A DNA stretch of 64,000 bases from Candidatus Micrarchaeota archaeon. Lineage in GTDB: Archaea > Micrarchaeota > Micrarchaeia > Micrarchaeales > CABMGC01. The DNA lies in NCBI GenBank assembly GCA_021827925.1, contig JAKATZ010000024.1, forward strand, positions 4,726 to 68,725. Reading direction: 5' to 3'. This document shows, one piece after another, positions 9,274-18,993 of the stretch (position 1 is the first letter of the stretch; the number at the start of each line of letters is the position of its first letter). The notes beneath the pieces were generated by a model. The model worked only from the letters and a program-made list of their open reading frames with translations, made no database searches and was not told the origin of the DNA. Position numbers and translations under genes: made by a program.

Positions 9274-9549
9274 CTATTCTCTGCCGCAACTGCAATTGTC
9301 TTTGTCGCAGCTGCACGCACAGCTTCCGCAGGAACCGCAGCTGCATTGCGAAGACTCTTTGCAGCTTCCGCCGCAATCGTCAGAGCAGCAGGAAGATACT
9401 GACTTCATCCTTCTGAAAGTCATCCTCTCGGCCATCATGTACCCTTTTATGAATGCGCGTAGCTCTTTCTCATCCATTGACTTCAGAAGTTCCTCCCTTC
9501 TCCGGAACATCTCCGCCTTTCCCTCATGCTCTTCTTTTACATCTTTCAT
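9274..9549 (-). CDS. Small protein with a metallothionein-like Cys-rich C-terminal tail
   Basis: 91 aa. A charged helical N-terminus is followed by CCSDDCGGSCKESSQCSCGSCGSCACSCDKDNCSCG. The overlapping plus-strand ORF 9140..9592 is low-complexity. Confidence 0.5.
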   Translation of the reverse strand: MKDVKEEHEGKAEMFRRREELLKSMDEKELRAFIKGYMMAERMTFRRMKSVSSCCSDDCGGSCKESSQCSCGSCGSCACSCDKDNCSCGRE

Positions 9550-9602
9550 TATTCCACCAATTTATTTTTGTTCTTTAAGCTTATATAGTTAACTTCTAGA
9601 AA

Positions 9603-11813
9603 TTGCGAATGTGCCATTGGAAGAGCCGATGGTCTGCAGGGCATAATGTTTTAAACAGAGCGGGCAACGCTTTTAAATCAGGAGATGCCACCGATAATAG
9701 GGTCCTGGGTTCCGGGAGCCCTGATCGGGTGTTTTTGATGCCTTCTTATTTTGATGAAGAGACAGAAAAGATAGCCGATGCGGCCATGGCAGTAATAGAG
9801 GAGGAGGTAGGCAGGGGAAAGGTAAATGTTGCAGATTATGAAGATTTGCGCGACACAGTAAAGGCACTTGCCGAGAGGATCCTGCAGGTAGGAGGGATGC
9901 GGAAGGCAATCTCTTCGGCGCGCAGGGTGGTGAATATCGCCAATGCCCCTTTGCTTCTTGCACTCGGGGATAGCGACGGGACGGCAAGAGGTGTGCTTTT
10001 AGGAGACATAGAGCGCCTAGGGCAAGGAGGGAACGATTTGCCTAAAGAGATAAAGGCAATGGAAGAAAAATATGCCCCTCTAAGAAAGAGAAGAAAGGAG
10101 ATAACAGCCCTCCTTGCGGCCTTTCACGGAGACGCCGCAAGATTCGCCTCTTCTTTCGTATTTAGGGTTTTCGATAAGACCGGGAACGGGGACGCGCTTG
10201 AAGACGCGTGCGCTATGCTGGAAATGGCCAAGAAGGCGGGAGCCGTAGATGAGAATGACACTGCCGTGGCGACAGTAGAGACGCTTGCCGGATTTGCGAA
10301 GGTATCAAGCGGGAGAAATATGGCTGCACAGCTCAGTGCACTGCGAGGATCGCTCGGCGTGTTTCTCAGGCGCGGGGACTTGGAAGGCATGGAATTCTGC
10401 GCGAAACTTGCCGAGCAGGGAGTGGGGACAGAAGGAATAGACTTCTTCGGAAAAATGCTCAACGAGCCGTCGAGCAGGAGGATACTCCTGCATATGGCGG
10501 CTGATGAGTTCGGCGGGGAGCTTGTCACTGCGGCTGTGAGGCATGGTGCCGGCGCTGAGAGGTACAGAATGGTTTCATTCATGCACGCTGGAGGGGATCC
10601 ATTAGATATTGAGGGGTTGTTTGCAATGGAGGAAGGCGCGCTGCGCGGCAGACTGGAAAGGATGCTTGGCGAACGCGGAATATCGCATCCTGGCGCCCTC
10701 AGCGATGAGGAGAAGATCAAGGTTATGCAATCCTTGTCGAGCAGGTCTGAAGAAGAGGCCGCAGAGGATATTGCAGCGCTAGACGAACTGATGAGGCTGC
10801 GCAGAATGCCGGGAGGACAGATGCGCGGCATTGAGAGAATAAAGAGCAAGGGATTCTGTGCAGAGAGATTGCAGGAAACAGCGATAATAGGAGAACTGCC
10901 TCTTGATGCGAAAGGAGTGCAGATGAGAATAGAGCCGGAAGCTCTAGTAAACGATCTCGCAGCGAGCATTTCAGGCAGAAACGGAGGAGATGCCAGGGCA
11001 AGGCTCTCGCAAGTGTTCTCCTTGGATAAGATAGGCAGCGCGCAGGGAGAATGGGCAAGGATAATGCATCAGGAGCCTGATGCGAATCTAGCTCTTAGAA
11101 GCTTCATCTCTGGAGACAGGGAAATATCGCATCTGAGCTTGCTGCAGCATATCTCTTCTGCCGCTAGAAACTCGGCGTCTGGTGCCGGCAGGGATGCACT
11201 GCTGGAGATGGCAAACACCGTGAGGGGAGCCTTCGACACTTCCAGCATAACAAACGGCAGCAGGATTATTGCTTACACAGTAAAAGGCAATGGAAACGCA
11301 CTTGTGATAGAATCGCCAAGGACAGGATGCTGCGCATTTGACCATTACACAGGAGGGCTGAAAGGTCCTGCAGGCTATGCCGCAGATCCAGCAGTGATAC
11401 TGGTACAGTTTGCAGCAGCAAGAACCATGCTGAGATCGCCGGAGGAATTGAATCCAATAGGAGTAGCTATCACTGCACTGGGAATTGAACGCGATGGCAG
11501 CAGGGTCCTTTTCGTGAACAGCACGGAGGGCGGCATCGAGTTCAGGAGGGCGGTTTCAGGACATGAGGGATGGGTGCTCGAGATGCTCAGGAAAAAGGCC
11601 GCAATGACAGGCGCGCAGGTGCTCGTCTTCGGTACAGATGTACTTAATGAAACGCCAAGGGAGATCGTAAACAGGCTGTCTGGCAAAGGGAGCATAGGGA
11701 GAGAAGAAACAGTTGAGTTAATGATACTATGCAGGAGGGAGAGGATGCTTGACAACGTAAGGACAGGCACTGCGTCGTTCGAGCGTGCGAAGGCGGCAAG
11801 GTGCAGGGTATAG
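9603..11813 (+). CDS. Large hypothetical soluble protein
   Basis: 736-aa ORF with a TTG start. Alternative starts are ATG 9609 or ATG 9738 (MPSYFDEE). A TATA-like cttatatag lies around 9580. I recognise no motif. Confidence 0.6.
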   Translation: MRMCHWKSRWSAGHNVLNRAGNAFKSGDATDNRVLGSGSPDRVFLMPSYFDEETEKIADAAMAVIEEEVGRGKVNVADYEDLRDTVKALAERILQVGGMRKAISSARRVVNIANAPLLLALGDSDGTARGVLLGDIERLGQGGNDLPKEIKAMEEKYAPLRKRRKEITALLAAFHGDAARFASSFVFRVFDKTGNGDALEDACAMLEMAKKAGAVDENDTAVATVETLAGFAKVSSGRNMAAQLSALRGSLGVFLRRGDLEGMEFCAKLAEQGVGTEGIDFFGKMLNEPSSRRILLHMAADEFGGELVTAAVRHGAGAERYRMVSFMHAGGDPLDIEGLFAMEEGALRGRLERMLGERGISHPGALSDEEKIKVMQSLSSRSEEEAAEDIAALDELMRLRRMPGGQMRGIERIKSKGFCAERLQETAIIGELPLDAKGVQMRIEPEALVNDLAASISGRNGGDARARLSQVFSLDKIGSAQGEWARIMHQEPDANLALRSFISGDREISHLSLLQHISSAARNSASGAGRDALLEMANTVRGAFDTSSITNGSRIIAYTVKGNGNALVIESPRTGCCAFDHYTGGLKGPAGYAADPAVILVQFAAARTMLRSPEELNPIGVAITALGIERDGSRVLFVNSTEGGIEFRRAVSGHEGWVLEMLRKKAAMTGAQVLVFGTDVLNETPREIVNRLSGKGSIGREETVELMILCRRERMLDNVRTGTASFERAKAARCRV

Positions 11814-11875
11814 TGCCGCAGGGCGTTTGGTTTAGATAGCTTTAAAGGAGTTTTCAGTTCATTATCCTTGATTCA

Positions 11876-12145
11876 ATGGTCTTCGGGATAGGCAACGCCC
11901 TCGTATCTGAGCTTGTCATCGTGGCAGCCTCGATACTGATACTTTATATCATCTTCAGACTCGGAAAGCTCCTGATGGGACTGATAGTTAACGTTGTACT
12001 CGGCTTCGTATCTATCTTTGTCATAAACGCGGTGTTCGGCCTTGGCATAAGCTTCAGCCTTCTTGCAATCATAATAACTGCGCTGCTCGGCCTGCCGGGA
12101 GTCGCGCTGATAATAATACTGAAGGTGCTTGGAGTAAGCATCTGA
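11876..12145 (+). CDS. BofA-like small membrane protein
   Basis: 89 aa with 3 hydrophobic helices. The C-terminal LLGLPGVALIIILK resembles the BofA family signature (ILGIPGIAALVVIK in B. subtilis BofA, from memory). Confidence 0.5.
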   Translation: MVFGIGNALVSELVIVAASILILYIIFRLGKLLMGLIVNVVLGFVSIFVINAVFGLGISFSLLAIIITALLGLPGVALIIILKVLGVSI

Positions 12146-12227
12146 GTGGTTTCGAGGCATTCCGCTAAATAAAAGCCACGCGAGCCTTTTTATCACATCT
12201 CATACTCTTTAGAATTGCGACCGTGGT

Positions 12228-12704
12228 GTGTGCTTCGTGAGGGGCGTTTTTATAAGAGGCAGGATGAGAAGGAGGCTGCGCGAGGATACGCTTAGCGCTA
12301 TTTCTGCCTTTGGAGCGCATGTGCTTTACCTGCTCAGGAACAGATACATTGCGTTCGCTACTGCGGCGTCGGTGCTGCTCTTCAGCTATTATGTCATGCC
12401 TTCCATGTGGAAGTACATCATCTCCACGCTTATAACGTACTTCGTGTTTACCATATTCATGCGCTACTCGCTACCCATCGGAGTTTTCAGGATAAAACGC
12501 CATGGCAGGAACGTTGTTTCTGACGGGCACGCGTACCTGCTGCTGATATTCATAATAATAGCAGCCACCATACTCAGCAGCGTGGCTTCTGACTACATGG
12601 AGTTGGTAGCATCACTCAGCCCGGGCAACGGACATGCGATAGTAGCAGTGCAGACGTTCGCCATACTCGGATTGCTGCTCCTTGACATGAGGTTCGAACT
12701 TTGA
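12228..12704 (+). CDS. Hypothetical membrane protein
   Basis: 158-aa ORF with a basic N-terminus and 4 hydrophobic segments. The start is uncertain. Confidence 0.45.
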   Translation: MCFVRGVFIRGRMRRRLREDTLSAISAFGAHVLYLLRNRYIAFATAASVLLFSYYVMPSMWKYIISTLITYFVFTIFMRYSLPIGVFRIKRHGRNVVSDGHAYLLLIFIIIAATILSSVASDYMELVASLSPGNGHAIVAVQTFAILGLLLLDMRFEL

Positions 12705-12761
12705 GATGGAAAGGAGAAGGTTTAAATTGCTTGCTATTCTAGGAATTACCGGGATGGTGGC

Positions 12762-12956
12762 TTGGACAAGAGAAGCAGGCAGGTAATAGCGGCTATACTT
12801 TTGCTTATACCTTTCGTGGTGTATTTCGACGTTCCGTTTTACAACGTGGCTGATCCGACACTGGGGGGATTGCCCTTCTACTATTGGTTCCAGCTGATAA
12901 TGCTTCCCGTTTCCGCCGTACTTTTCCTGATAGCGGCTATGCTTATAGATAGGTGA
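12762..12956 (+). CDS. DUF3311-like small membrane subunit preceding an SSS transporter
   Basis: 64 aa with 2 TM segments. It sits directly upstream (5-nt gap) of the symporter, the usual DUF3311 arrangement. Confidence 0.55.
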   Translation: MDKRSRQVIAAILLLIPFVVYFDVPFYNVADPTLGGLPFYYWFQLIMLPVSAVLFLIAAMLIDR

Positions 12957-12961
12957 AATGA

Positions 12962-14536
12962 ATGCTAGTGAGTATTGCAGGTATTGTGCTTTTCCTGATA
13001 CTTTTCGTTATATTCGTTGCGCTTGGTTTCTACGGTTCCAGGTGGCGCAGGGGCAATCTAGGCCAGCTGGCCGAATGGGGCATAGCAGGCAGGAGACTTG
13101 GCCCTTATGTCAGCTGGTTCCTGATAGGGGCGGACGTTTTTACAGCATATACGTTCGTGGCCGTGCCCTCGCTAGCTTACGCAAGCGGCTCGATGGCATT
13201 CTTTGCCGTGCCGTATGTGGCGATAGTGTTCGCTATCGCGATGATGACGATGCCAAGGCTCTGGCAGGTTTCGAGAAACAAGGGTTACATTACCGCTTCT
13301 GACTTTGTAAAGGACAGGTTCAACAGCAGGTTCCTCTCGATTGTGCTTGCGATAACGGGAGTGGTGGCAACGCTGCCGTACATAGCACTTCAGATAACCG
13401 GCATGCAGGCGGTGCTCACGATAATGCTACAGGGGATAGCAAGTGCAAGCGTGGAATCCGAGATTGCACTCGTCATATCCTTCATAATACTGGCGGCATT
13501 CACCTTCACAAGCGGGCTCAGGGGAGTGACTCTGGGTTCGATATTCAAGGATGTGCTCATCTTCCTTACAGTGATAGTAGTAATAGTAGCTGTTCTCGTA
13601 TCTTACGGTGGATTCGGTCACGCCTTCTCGGCCATTGCCGCTGCAAAAGGTGCAGCTGCTGCGAATTACTCAAGGCTGCCTCCGGAGAGCGTACCTGCTT
13701 TCTTCACGCTCTTTCTAGGCAGTGCTCTTGCGCTTTACCTTTACCCGCACATAATAAACGGAAGCCTCGCCTCTGAAAACAAGAAGACATTGAGGAGGAG
13801 CCTGGCCATGCTACCAGTATATTCAATAGGGCTTGGATTTCTCGCACTTTTCGGAATCATAGTGTACGCTGTGCCTAATGCCCTTGCGATCGTAAAGTCT
13901 ACAGGCAACGGCCTTCTGACTGTGCCGGCACTGATAGTGACTGTGCTGCCGGGATGGCTCGCAGGGATCTGCCTGCTTGGGATATTCATAGGAGGAATGG
14001 TGCCCGCTGCGCTTATGGCGATAGCATCAGCGAACCTCCTCTCGAGGAATGTCGTCAAGGAATTTGTAAAACTGAGCCCGGAAGGCGAGACAAGGCTGGC
14101 GAAATGGCTCTCTGCTGCCATAAAGTTCATAGCACTGGGATTCGTCTTCGTTGCCCCGCTTACCTACGCCATACAGCTACAGCTTCTCGGAGGCATAATC
14201 ATACTTCAGCTGCTGCCCGCTGTCTTCCTGGGCCTTTACATTAAGAAGATGGACTGGAAACCGCTTAGCCTCGGATGGGCGGCAGGGCTCATATCAGGAA
14301 TATGGCTTGTGCTTGTGGCGAATCACTTTTCCTCGCTTGCAACCTCTGATTTCCATACAGGACTCGGATTGCTCTACATAGGCCTGATAGCGCTTGGAAT
14401 AAACCTCTTGGTATCGTTCCTGGGCTCGGTGCTTGTCAATGCAATGGGTGCCAGAAGGAATGGGCTGCTCAAAGAGAGCGATCTTGTGAGTGAAGTGAAA
14501 GCAAGGGTCGCTGGCAGCCGAGTGTCGAGAAGGTAG
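12962..14536 (+). CDS. Sodium:solute symporter (SSS) family transporter
   Basis: 524 aa with about 13 hydrophobic helices. The N-terminal GRRLG...W.L.GAD..TAYTF pattern is typical of the SSS family. Confidence 0.8.
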   Translation: MLVSIAGIVLFLILFVIFVALGFYGSRWRRGNLGQLAEWGIAGRRLGPYVSWFLIGADVFTAYTFVAVPSLAYASGSMAFFAVPYVAIVFAIAMMTMPRLWQVSRNKGYITASDFVKDRFNSRFLSIVLAITGVVATLPYIALQITGMQAVLTIMLQGIASASVESEIALVISFIILAAFTFTSGLRGVTLGSIFKDVLIFLTVIVVIVAVLVSYGGFGHAFSAIAAAKGAAAANYSRLPPESVPAFFTLFLGSALALYLYPHIINGSLASENKKTLRRSLAMLPVYSIGLGFLALFGIIVYAVPNALAIVKSTGNGLLTVPALIVTVLPGWLAGICLLGIFIGGMVPAALMAIASANLLSRNVVKEFVKLSPEGETRLAKWLSAAIKFIALGFVFVAPLTYAIQLQLLGGIIILQLLPAVFLGLYIKKMDWKPLSLGWAAGLISGIWLVLVANHFSSLATSDFHTGLGLLYIGLIALGINLLVSFLGSVLVNAMGARRNGLLKESDLVSEVKARVAGSRVSRR

Positions 14537-14610
14537 AGGGGCAGTTGCAATATAAACCTTGCCGGCAAAGGTATAAGCGTATACTGCAGGAATTCTTTAA
14601 GGCGATAGCG

Positions 14611-15516
14611 ATGCTTGTCTGTAAGGGGCTTACCAAGAGGTATGGGAAGAATCCGAATGCTCTTGAGAGCATTGATTTTTCAATACCATCGAAGGGCATC
14701 TTTGCGCTGATAGGAAGGAACGGTGCGGGAAAGACAACGCTTGCAAGGATCCTTGCAACAGAGCTGATACCGAGCTCCGGAAGCGCGAGCATAGACGGAA
14801 TGGATGTTGTTGCCGATGCCACCAGGCTTAGGGAGCAGATAGCGATACTGCCGCAGGAGGCAAGGGCAATACCGTGGCTGACATCGAAGCAGAGCATTGT
14901 CTCGTATCTCCTTTACAGGGGCTTTTCTCTTGGCGAATCAGAGGAGAGGGCACAATCGGCACTTGCAAGGCTGGACCTGCAGGATTATGAGAACAAGCTG
15001 ACAAGGATACTTTCTGGAGGCCTGAAGAGGAAGGTTCTCGTAGCCACGATACTCGCGGCAGATTCGAGGATCGTATTTGTAGACGAGCCGACCACAGGGC
15101 TGGACCCGATATCCAGAGCGGACCTCTGGAAAGTGCTTGAAGAGCTCAAGAAGGAGCACTTCGTATTCCTCACGACGCACTACCTAGAAGAGGCGGAGAA
15201 GCTAGCAGATGTGATAGGCATACTTGACAGCGGCAAACTCCTGGGTTTAGGAAGCCTTGCGGAGCTGAGGAAGCAGGCGGGATACCAGTACAGCATAAGG
15301 ACGCAGCAGGAGGATGTGAAAACCAAGGAAGGCATTGCAATAAGGGGGCTTGACGGTTCTGTGCAGATACTCACCACCGAGGAAGAGGCCGGAAGGCTTG
15401 CCGAGAAGCTCGTAAAGGACAAGGCACGGTTCTCGATAAACCCGACATCACTTGAGGACATATTCTATTACCTGGTGAAGAAGCCGATAGAGGAAGAGAA
15501 TTATGAAGAAGAGTAG
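14611..15516 (+). CDS. ABC transporter ATP-binding protein (ABC-2 type)
   Basis: Walker A is GRNGAGKTT, the signature is LSGGLKRK and Walker B is IVFVDEPTTGLD. The ATG at 14611 is preferred over the track start at 14545. Confidence 0.85.
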   Translation: MLVCKGLTKRYGKNPNALESIDFSIPSKGIFALIGRNGAGKTTLARILATELIPSSGSASIDGMDVVADATRLREQIAILPQEARAIPWLTSKQSIVSYLLYRGFSLGESEERAQSALARLDLQDYENKLTRILSGGLKRKVLVATILAADSRIVFVDEPTTGLDPISRADLWKVLEELKKEHFVFLTTHYLEEAEKLADVIGILDSGKLLGLGSLAELRKQAGYQYSIRTQQEDVKTKEGIAIRGLDGSVQILTTEEEAGRLAEKLVKDKARFSINPTSLEDIFYYLVKKPIEEENYEEE

Positions 15517-16237
15517 CCAGGTTTACGCGTCAGTGTTGGTTAACGCGCTTTACGTGATGAAGAACTATCCAGTTACACTGGTTAACACTCTCCTCGCGCC
15601 GCTCTCCATACTGGTCGTCATTGTGCTGGTGAGCAAGGGGAGTCTTCTGGCCGTCTCGGTGGAAGGCGCGCTTATAATGACGATGGTATCGGCAGGGATA
15701 GGTCTGCAGGGGGACCTCTCGCACCTTAAGAACGATTTCAGGTTGCAGGACATGGTCGTAAGCTCGCCCACAAGCGCCTTTGTTTACATGATTGGTATGG
15801 CATTTTCAGAGATAGTCTATTCCGCGCCTGCGCTGATGATACTGATTGTGCTCGCCATGCTCTACGTGCACACAAGCATCGTTGGAGTGGCAGTCACTCT
15901 TGCTGTGCTCGCTATGATATTCACTTTCTCTATAGCGCTAGGTTTTCTTCTCTCTACGTTCAGCTCGGATATAGTGCAGAACTGGGCTTTCTTCGGACTT
16001 CTCTCCACGATACTGACCACAATACCACCCATTTATTATCCTATTACATACATACCACTTCCATTCAGATACATAGCGTATCTCTCGCCGACCACGTACG
16101 CGGCGGAAATAGCGCAGAATGCCATAGGTTACCTTCAGCTGCCTGCGTCCTCGCTGGCCATAGACTGGATAGTGATAATAGCAGTGACGATGGCGCTCTT
16201 CGTGATGGCGATGAGAAAGAGCAAGTGGCGCGAATGA
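15503..16237 (+). CDS. ABC-2 type transporter permease
   Basis: 244 aa with 6 hydrophobic helices. It overlaps the ATPase gene by 14 nt. Confidence 0.75.
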   Translation: MKKSSQVYASVLVNALYVMKNYPVTLVNTLLAPLSILVVIVLVSKGSLLAVSVEGALIMTMVSAGIGLQGDLSHLKNDFRLQDMVVSSPTSAFVYMIGMAFSEIVYSAPALMILIVLAMLYVHTSIVGVAVTLAVLAMIFTFSIALGFLLSTFSSDIVQNWAFFGLLSTILTTIPPIYYPITYIPLPFRYIAYLSPTTYAAEIAQNAIGYLQLPASSLAIDWIVIIAVTMALFVMAMRKSKWRE

Positions 16238-16256
16238 GATAAGAAAAGGGTAGCGC

Positions 16257-17498
16257 ATGAAAGACGAGATGGGATTCGGGTTCCTGCTTTATTCGAGGAT
16301 ATTCAGGAGCGTAGCGATAATATTTATGACACTGGCATCACCTCTTTACTTGAGCCTTGCCGGATTCAGGGTTCAGGAGATAGGGCTTGTGTATCTCGGG
16401 CTCATGCTCTTCAACTCGGCGTTCTCACTCTTAATAGGCGCGCTCGGAGACAGAATGGGCTACAGAAGGATGCTAATCGTTGCAGAGGTTCCTGCGCTTG
16501 CCGGAGCTGCCATCATCTGCCTGAGCGGCAACAACCTTGCCATAGCGGTTGCAGTGATAGTAGGCGGGATAGGCGGGCTTGCAGGTGGCATTAGGGGGGC
16601 ATTCTCACCGGGACTGACCGCACTGACAGCAAGGAACTACACTGACGATAAAAGCAGGATAACAAAGCTGAGCATGCTGACAATGGTATCTTCGTTTGCC
16701 TCAGTTGGAGGAGCGCTGCTTCTTGTCGCACAGTCGTATGTTGCGGTCTCTATAGGAAACGCGGTCATGGCGTATCGGCTGCTCTTCGGCTTTTCAGCAG
16801 TGCTGATGCTGCTCTCCATGGCCAGCGTTGCGCTAGTGAAAGAAGCCGAGAGGCCCGTGAAGAGCACAAGAATAATGAGGAAGGACAGCTTCAGGTACAT
16901 GATGAGAATAGTAGTTGTGAGAATCATAAACGGGGCTGGACTGGGACTCGCGATGCCATTGCTTCCGCTCGTATTTTCGATAGCATTCGGGCTCTCGCCT
17001 TCTGAGAGCGCGTTCTATATAGGACTAGTGTACATACCCTCGTATCTGGCGACGGGTCTTGGCGCCCGTATTGCCGGTGGCAAGAGGGCTGAAAAGGATT
17101 CAGTCAGCATAGCGTTCCAGACAAGGGCAGCAAGCGGCATACTGATGGCTGCGATGGGTGCTGTTGTGCTTGCAGGCCATGCGTACAGAAATTATGGCAT
17201 AGAGCTCCTCGGTCTTGTCACAGTTCTTTATTCGGCGAGGGCCCTCGTTGCAGGAATGGGAAGCCCTGCTGTGACTGCACTAAACGTGAAAGGCATACAC
17301 AACGAGGATTACGGGACTGCTTCAAGCGTTCAGGGAGTGGCCGGTTCTCTTGCACAGACAAGCACAGGCGCCAGCGGTTATCTGATGGATTACTTCCTCC
17401 CGCTTCCCCTGTTCCTTGGGGGCCTACTGCAGGTGATAGGAGGCATAGCGTACCTCGGCATTCTCGGTAGAAGAGGGCGCAGGGAAAAGAAGGCGTGA
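16257..17498 (+). CDS. MFS transporter
   Basis: 413 aa with about 12 TM segments. It has the MFS loop motif GALGDRMGYRRM between TM2 and TM3. Confidence 0.75.
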   Translation: MKDEMGFGFLLYSRIFRSVAIIFMTLASPLYLSLAGFRVQEIGLVYLGLMLFNSAFSLLIGALGDRMGYRRMLIVAEVPALAGAAIICLSGNNLAIAVAVIVGGIGGLAGGIRGAFSPGLTALTARNYTDDKSRITKLSMLTMVSSFASVGGALLLVAQSYVAVSIGNAVMAYRLLFGFSAVLMLLSMASVALVKEAERPVKSTRIMRKDSFRYMMRIVVVRIINGAGLGLAMPLLPLVFSIAFGLSPSESAFYIGLVYIPSYLATGLGARIAGGKRAEKDSVSIAFQTRAASGILMAAMGAVVLAGHAYRNYGIELLGLVTVLYSARALVAGMGSPAVTALNVKGIHNEDYGTASSVQGVAGSLAQTSTGASGYLMDYFLPLPLFLGGLLQVIGGIAYLGILGRRGRREKKA

Positions 17499-17502
17499 AA
17501 GA

Positions 17503-18243
17503 TCAGCGCTGCCACGCATTTACATATTCGGTGATTGTCGAGTATGTTGCCTCGTCGAGAAGCCCGCTTTTAAGAAGCGACGCGGCCACCTCGCTTATCG
17601 TTGCCACAGCATGCAGATCCATGCCTGCCTCCCTTAGGGACTCCAAACCGCCCTGCTCTCTGTCGAGCAGAACAATCACCCCTGCGACATTGACAGCGAT
17701 GTTCCTTCTTCTGGCTTCGCTTTCAACGAGTTCTCTGTTCTCTATCTTGCTTACTGCGGTCGTTATCAAGTCATCGACAAGCATAACCGTGGCGCCGTCG
17801 GATAATTCTCCGTCCACGTACCTGGATATGCCATGGCCCTTCATCCCGCTCATCTCCTCTATCCTGCGTATGACATCATCAGCGCCATGCGAGTCGTGGT
17901 TCCCGAATGAACCGCTTTCGAACATCGATCTCAGAGATTCTGCTAGTTCTTTATATATTATCGGCTCCTTGCGCGTATATATGACAGGTATGCCTGTTCT
18001 TATCCCTATGGCAGTTGCAAGCGGGATTGCGGCGAGAGGAATGCCGCATAGCGCAGAAGGCTTGTGCTCCATTCTGCTTATCAGCTCCGACATTGCTTCG
18101 GATGCACGGACCAGCACAGCGGGATGCGATGAAAGGATGCGGAGGTCAACATAGTAGGGACTCTGCAACCCTGATTTTAGGGTGAACTTGCCAAACTTTA
18201 TTGCCCCTATCTTCTGTATGCTCTCCCAGAGATCCTCGTACAT
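17503..18243 (-). CDS. pyrE: Orotate phosphoribosyltransferase (with an unusual ~35-aa loop insertion)
   Basis: FGKFTLKSGL.SPYYVDLR is present, and the PRPP motif is VMLVDDLITTAVS. It lies adjacent to pyrF. Confidence 0.8.
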   Translation of the reverse strand: MYEDLWESIQKIGAIKFGKFTLKSGLQSPYYVDLRILSSHPAVLVRASEAMSELISRMEHKPSALCGIPLAAIPLATAIGIRTGIPVIYTRKEPIIYKELAESLRSMFESGSFGNHDSHGADDVIRRIEEMSGMKGHGISRYVDGELSDGATVMLVDDLITTAVSKIENRELVESEARRRNIAVNVAGVIVLLDREQGGLESLREAGMDLHAVATISEVAASLLKSGLLDEATYSTITEYVNAWQR

Positions 18244-18247
18244 TGTT

Positions 18248-18976
18248 TCACCTGTCTTTCAGGATTTGGGAGATCAGGTCCTTCGCTGCTTCGTGAGGAT
18301 CGCGCGAAGAATATATCGCCCTCCCGATTATGGCATACCATGATTCGCCTGCGGCTTTCGCGGCGGCGGTTATCTCTCCCCCCTGGGTTATGAATCCCGG
18401 TACGTACAATGAAATATTCTCGACCTCTGTTTCCAAAAGCGAATGGTAATGACGTATCCTTTCTGGGCTGTTCCCAGGCACCACGAAATTGCTTATTCCC
18501 TTCCTTGCACTGAGAAGATACGCATCGTCAAAACTGCTGTCGGAGAGATATCCGCCCTCGCTGAGCCTGTACTTGGGGTGGGTCATGTCCAGACCGCTTA
18601 TCAGGCCTATGCCCACCTCCTTCGCGTCTGTTATCCAGCGTTCCTGCGATGCAGGGCCGGTCATATGGAATGCTATGAACGCATCGAGACCGGTGCTCTT
18701 CGCGGCACCCAGTATTTCCCTGCCTGTTTCGGGTATATCCGTTCCGCCCTTCTGCAGATCGAGTATGCTTTTCAGACCAGTCCCCCTTACCTCCTCGAGG
18801 AGGGCGGGCAGCCCGTATCGTATGGTGAGGGCCGCGCCGATCTTGACAGCTTCTACTCCTTCGACATCGCACACGCCTTGGACAAGATCGGCGAATTTTT
18901 TCATATCGGCAACATCAGTGGCCACGATTATGCCGCGCTCCTGCTTTATTATGCCGCCCATCAGGAATCCCTGCAA
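18248..18976 (-). CDS. pyrF: Orotidine-5'-phosphate decarboxylase
   Basis: IIVATDV is present, and DLQKGGTDIPET corresponds to the D.K..DI..T motif. It sits 4 nt upstream of pyrE. Confidence 0.75.
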   Translation of the reverse strand: MQGFLMGGIIKQERGIIVATDVADMKKFADLVQGVCDVEGVEAVKIGAALTIRYGLPALLEEVRGTGLKSILDLQKGGTDIPETGREILGAAKSTGLDAFIAFHMTGPASQERWITDAKEVGIGLISGLDMTHPKYRLSEGGYLSDSSFDDAYLLSARKGISNFVVPGNSPERIRHYHSLLETEVENISLYVPGFITQGGEITAAAKAAGESWYAIIGRAIYSSRDPHEAAKDLISQILKDR

Positions 18977-18993
18977 TACAAATTGAGGTTGGG

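Noticed and set aside
9140-9592. 150-aa plus-strand ORF overlapping the Cys-rich gene
   Set aside because: Its translation is repetitive (LQLSLSQLHAQLPQEPQL...) and mirrors the Cys-codon repeats of the minus strand. The minus-strand product has a sensible two-domain architecture. I kept the minus-strand call, at only moderate confidence.
10124-10969. 281-aa ORF antisense to the 736-aa gene 9603..11813
   Set aside because: Its composition is Ser/Pro/Ala/Leu-rich and low-complexity, typical of the antisense frame of GAR/GCN-rich coding sequence. The sense ORF is much longer and looks more native.
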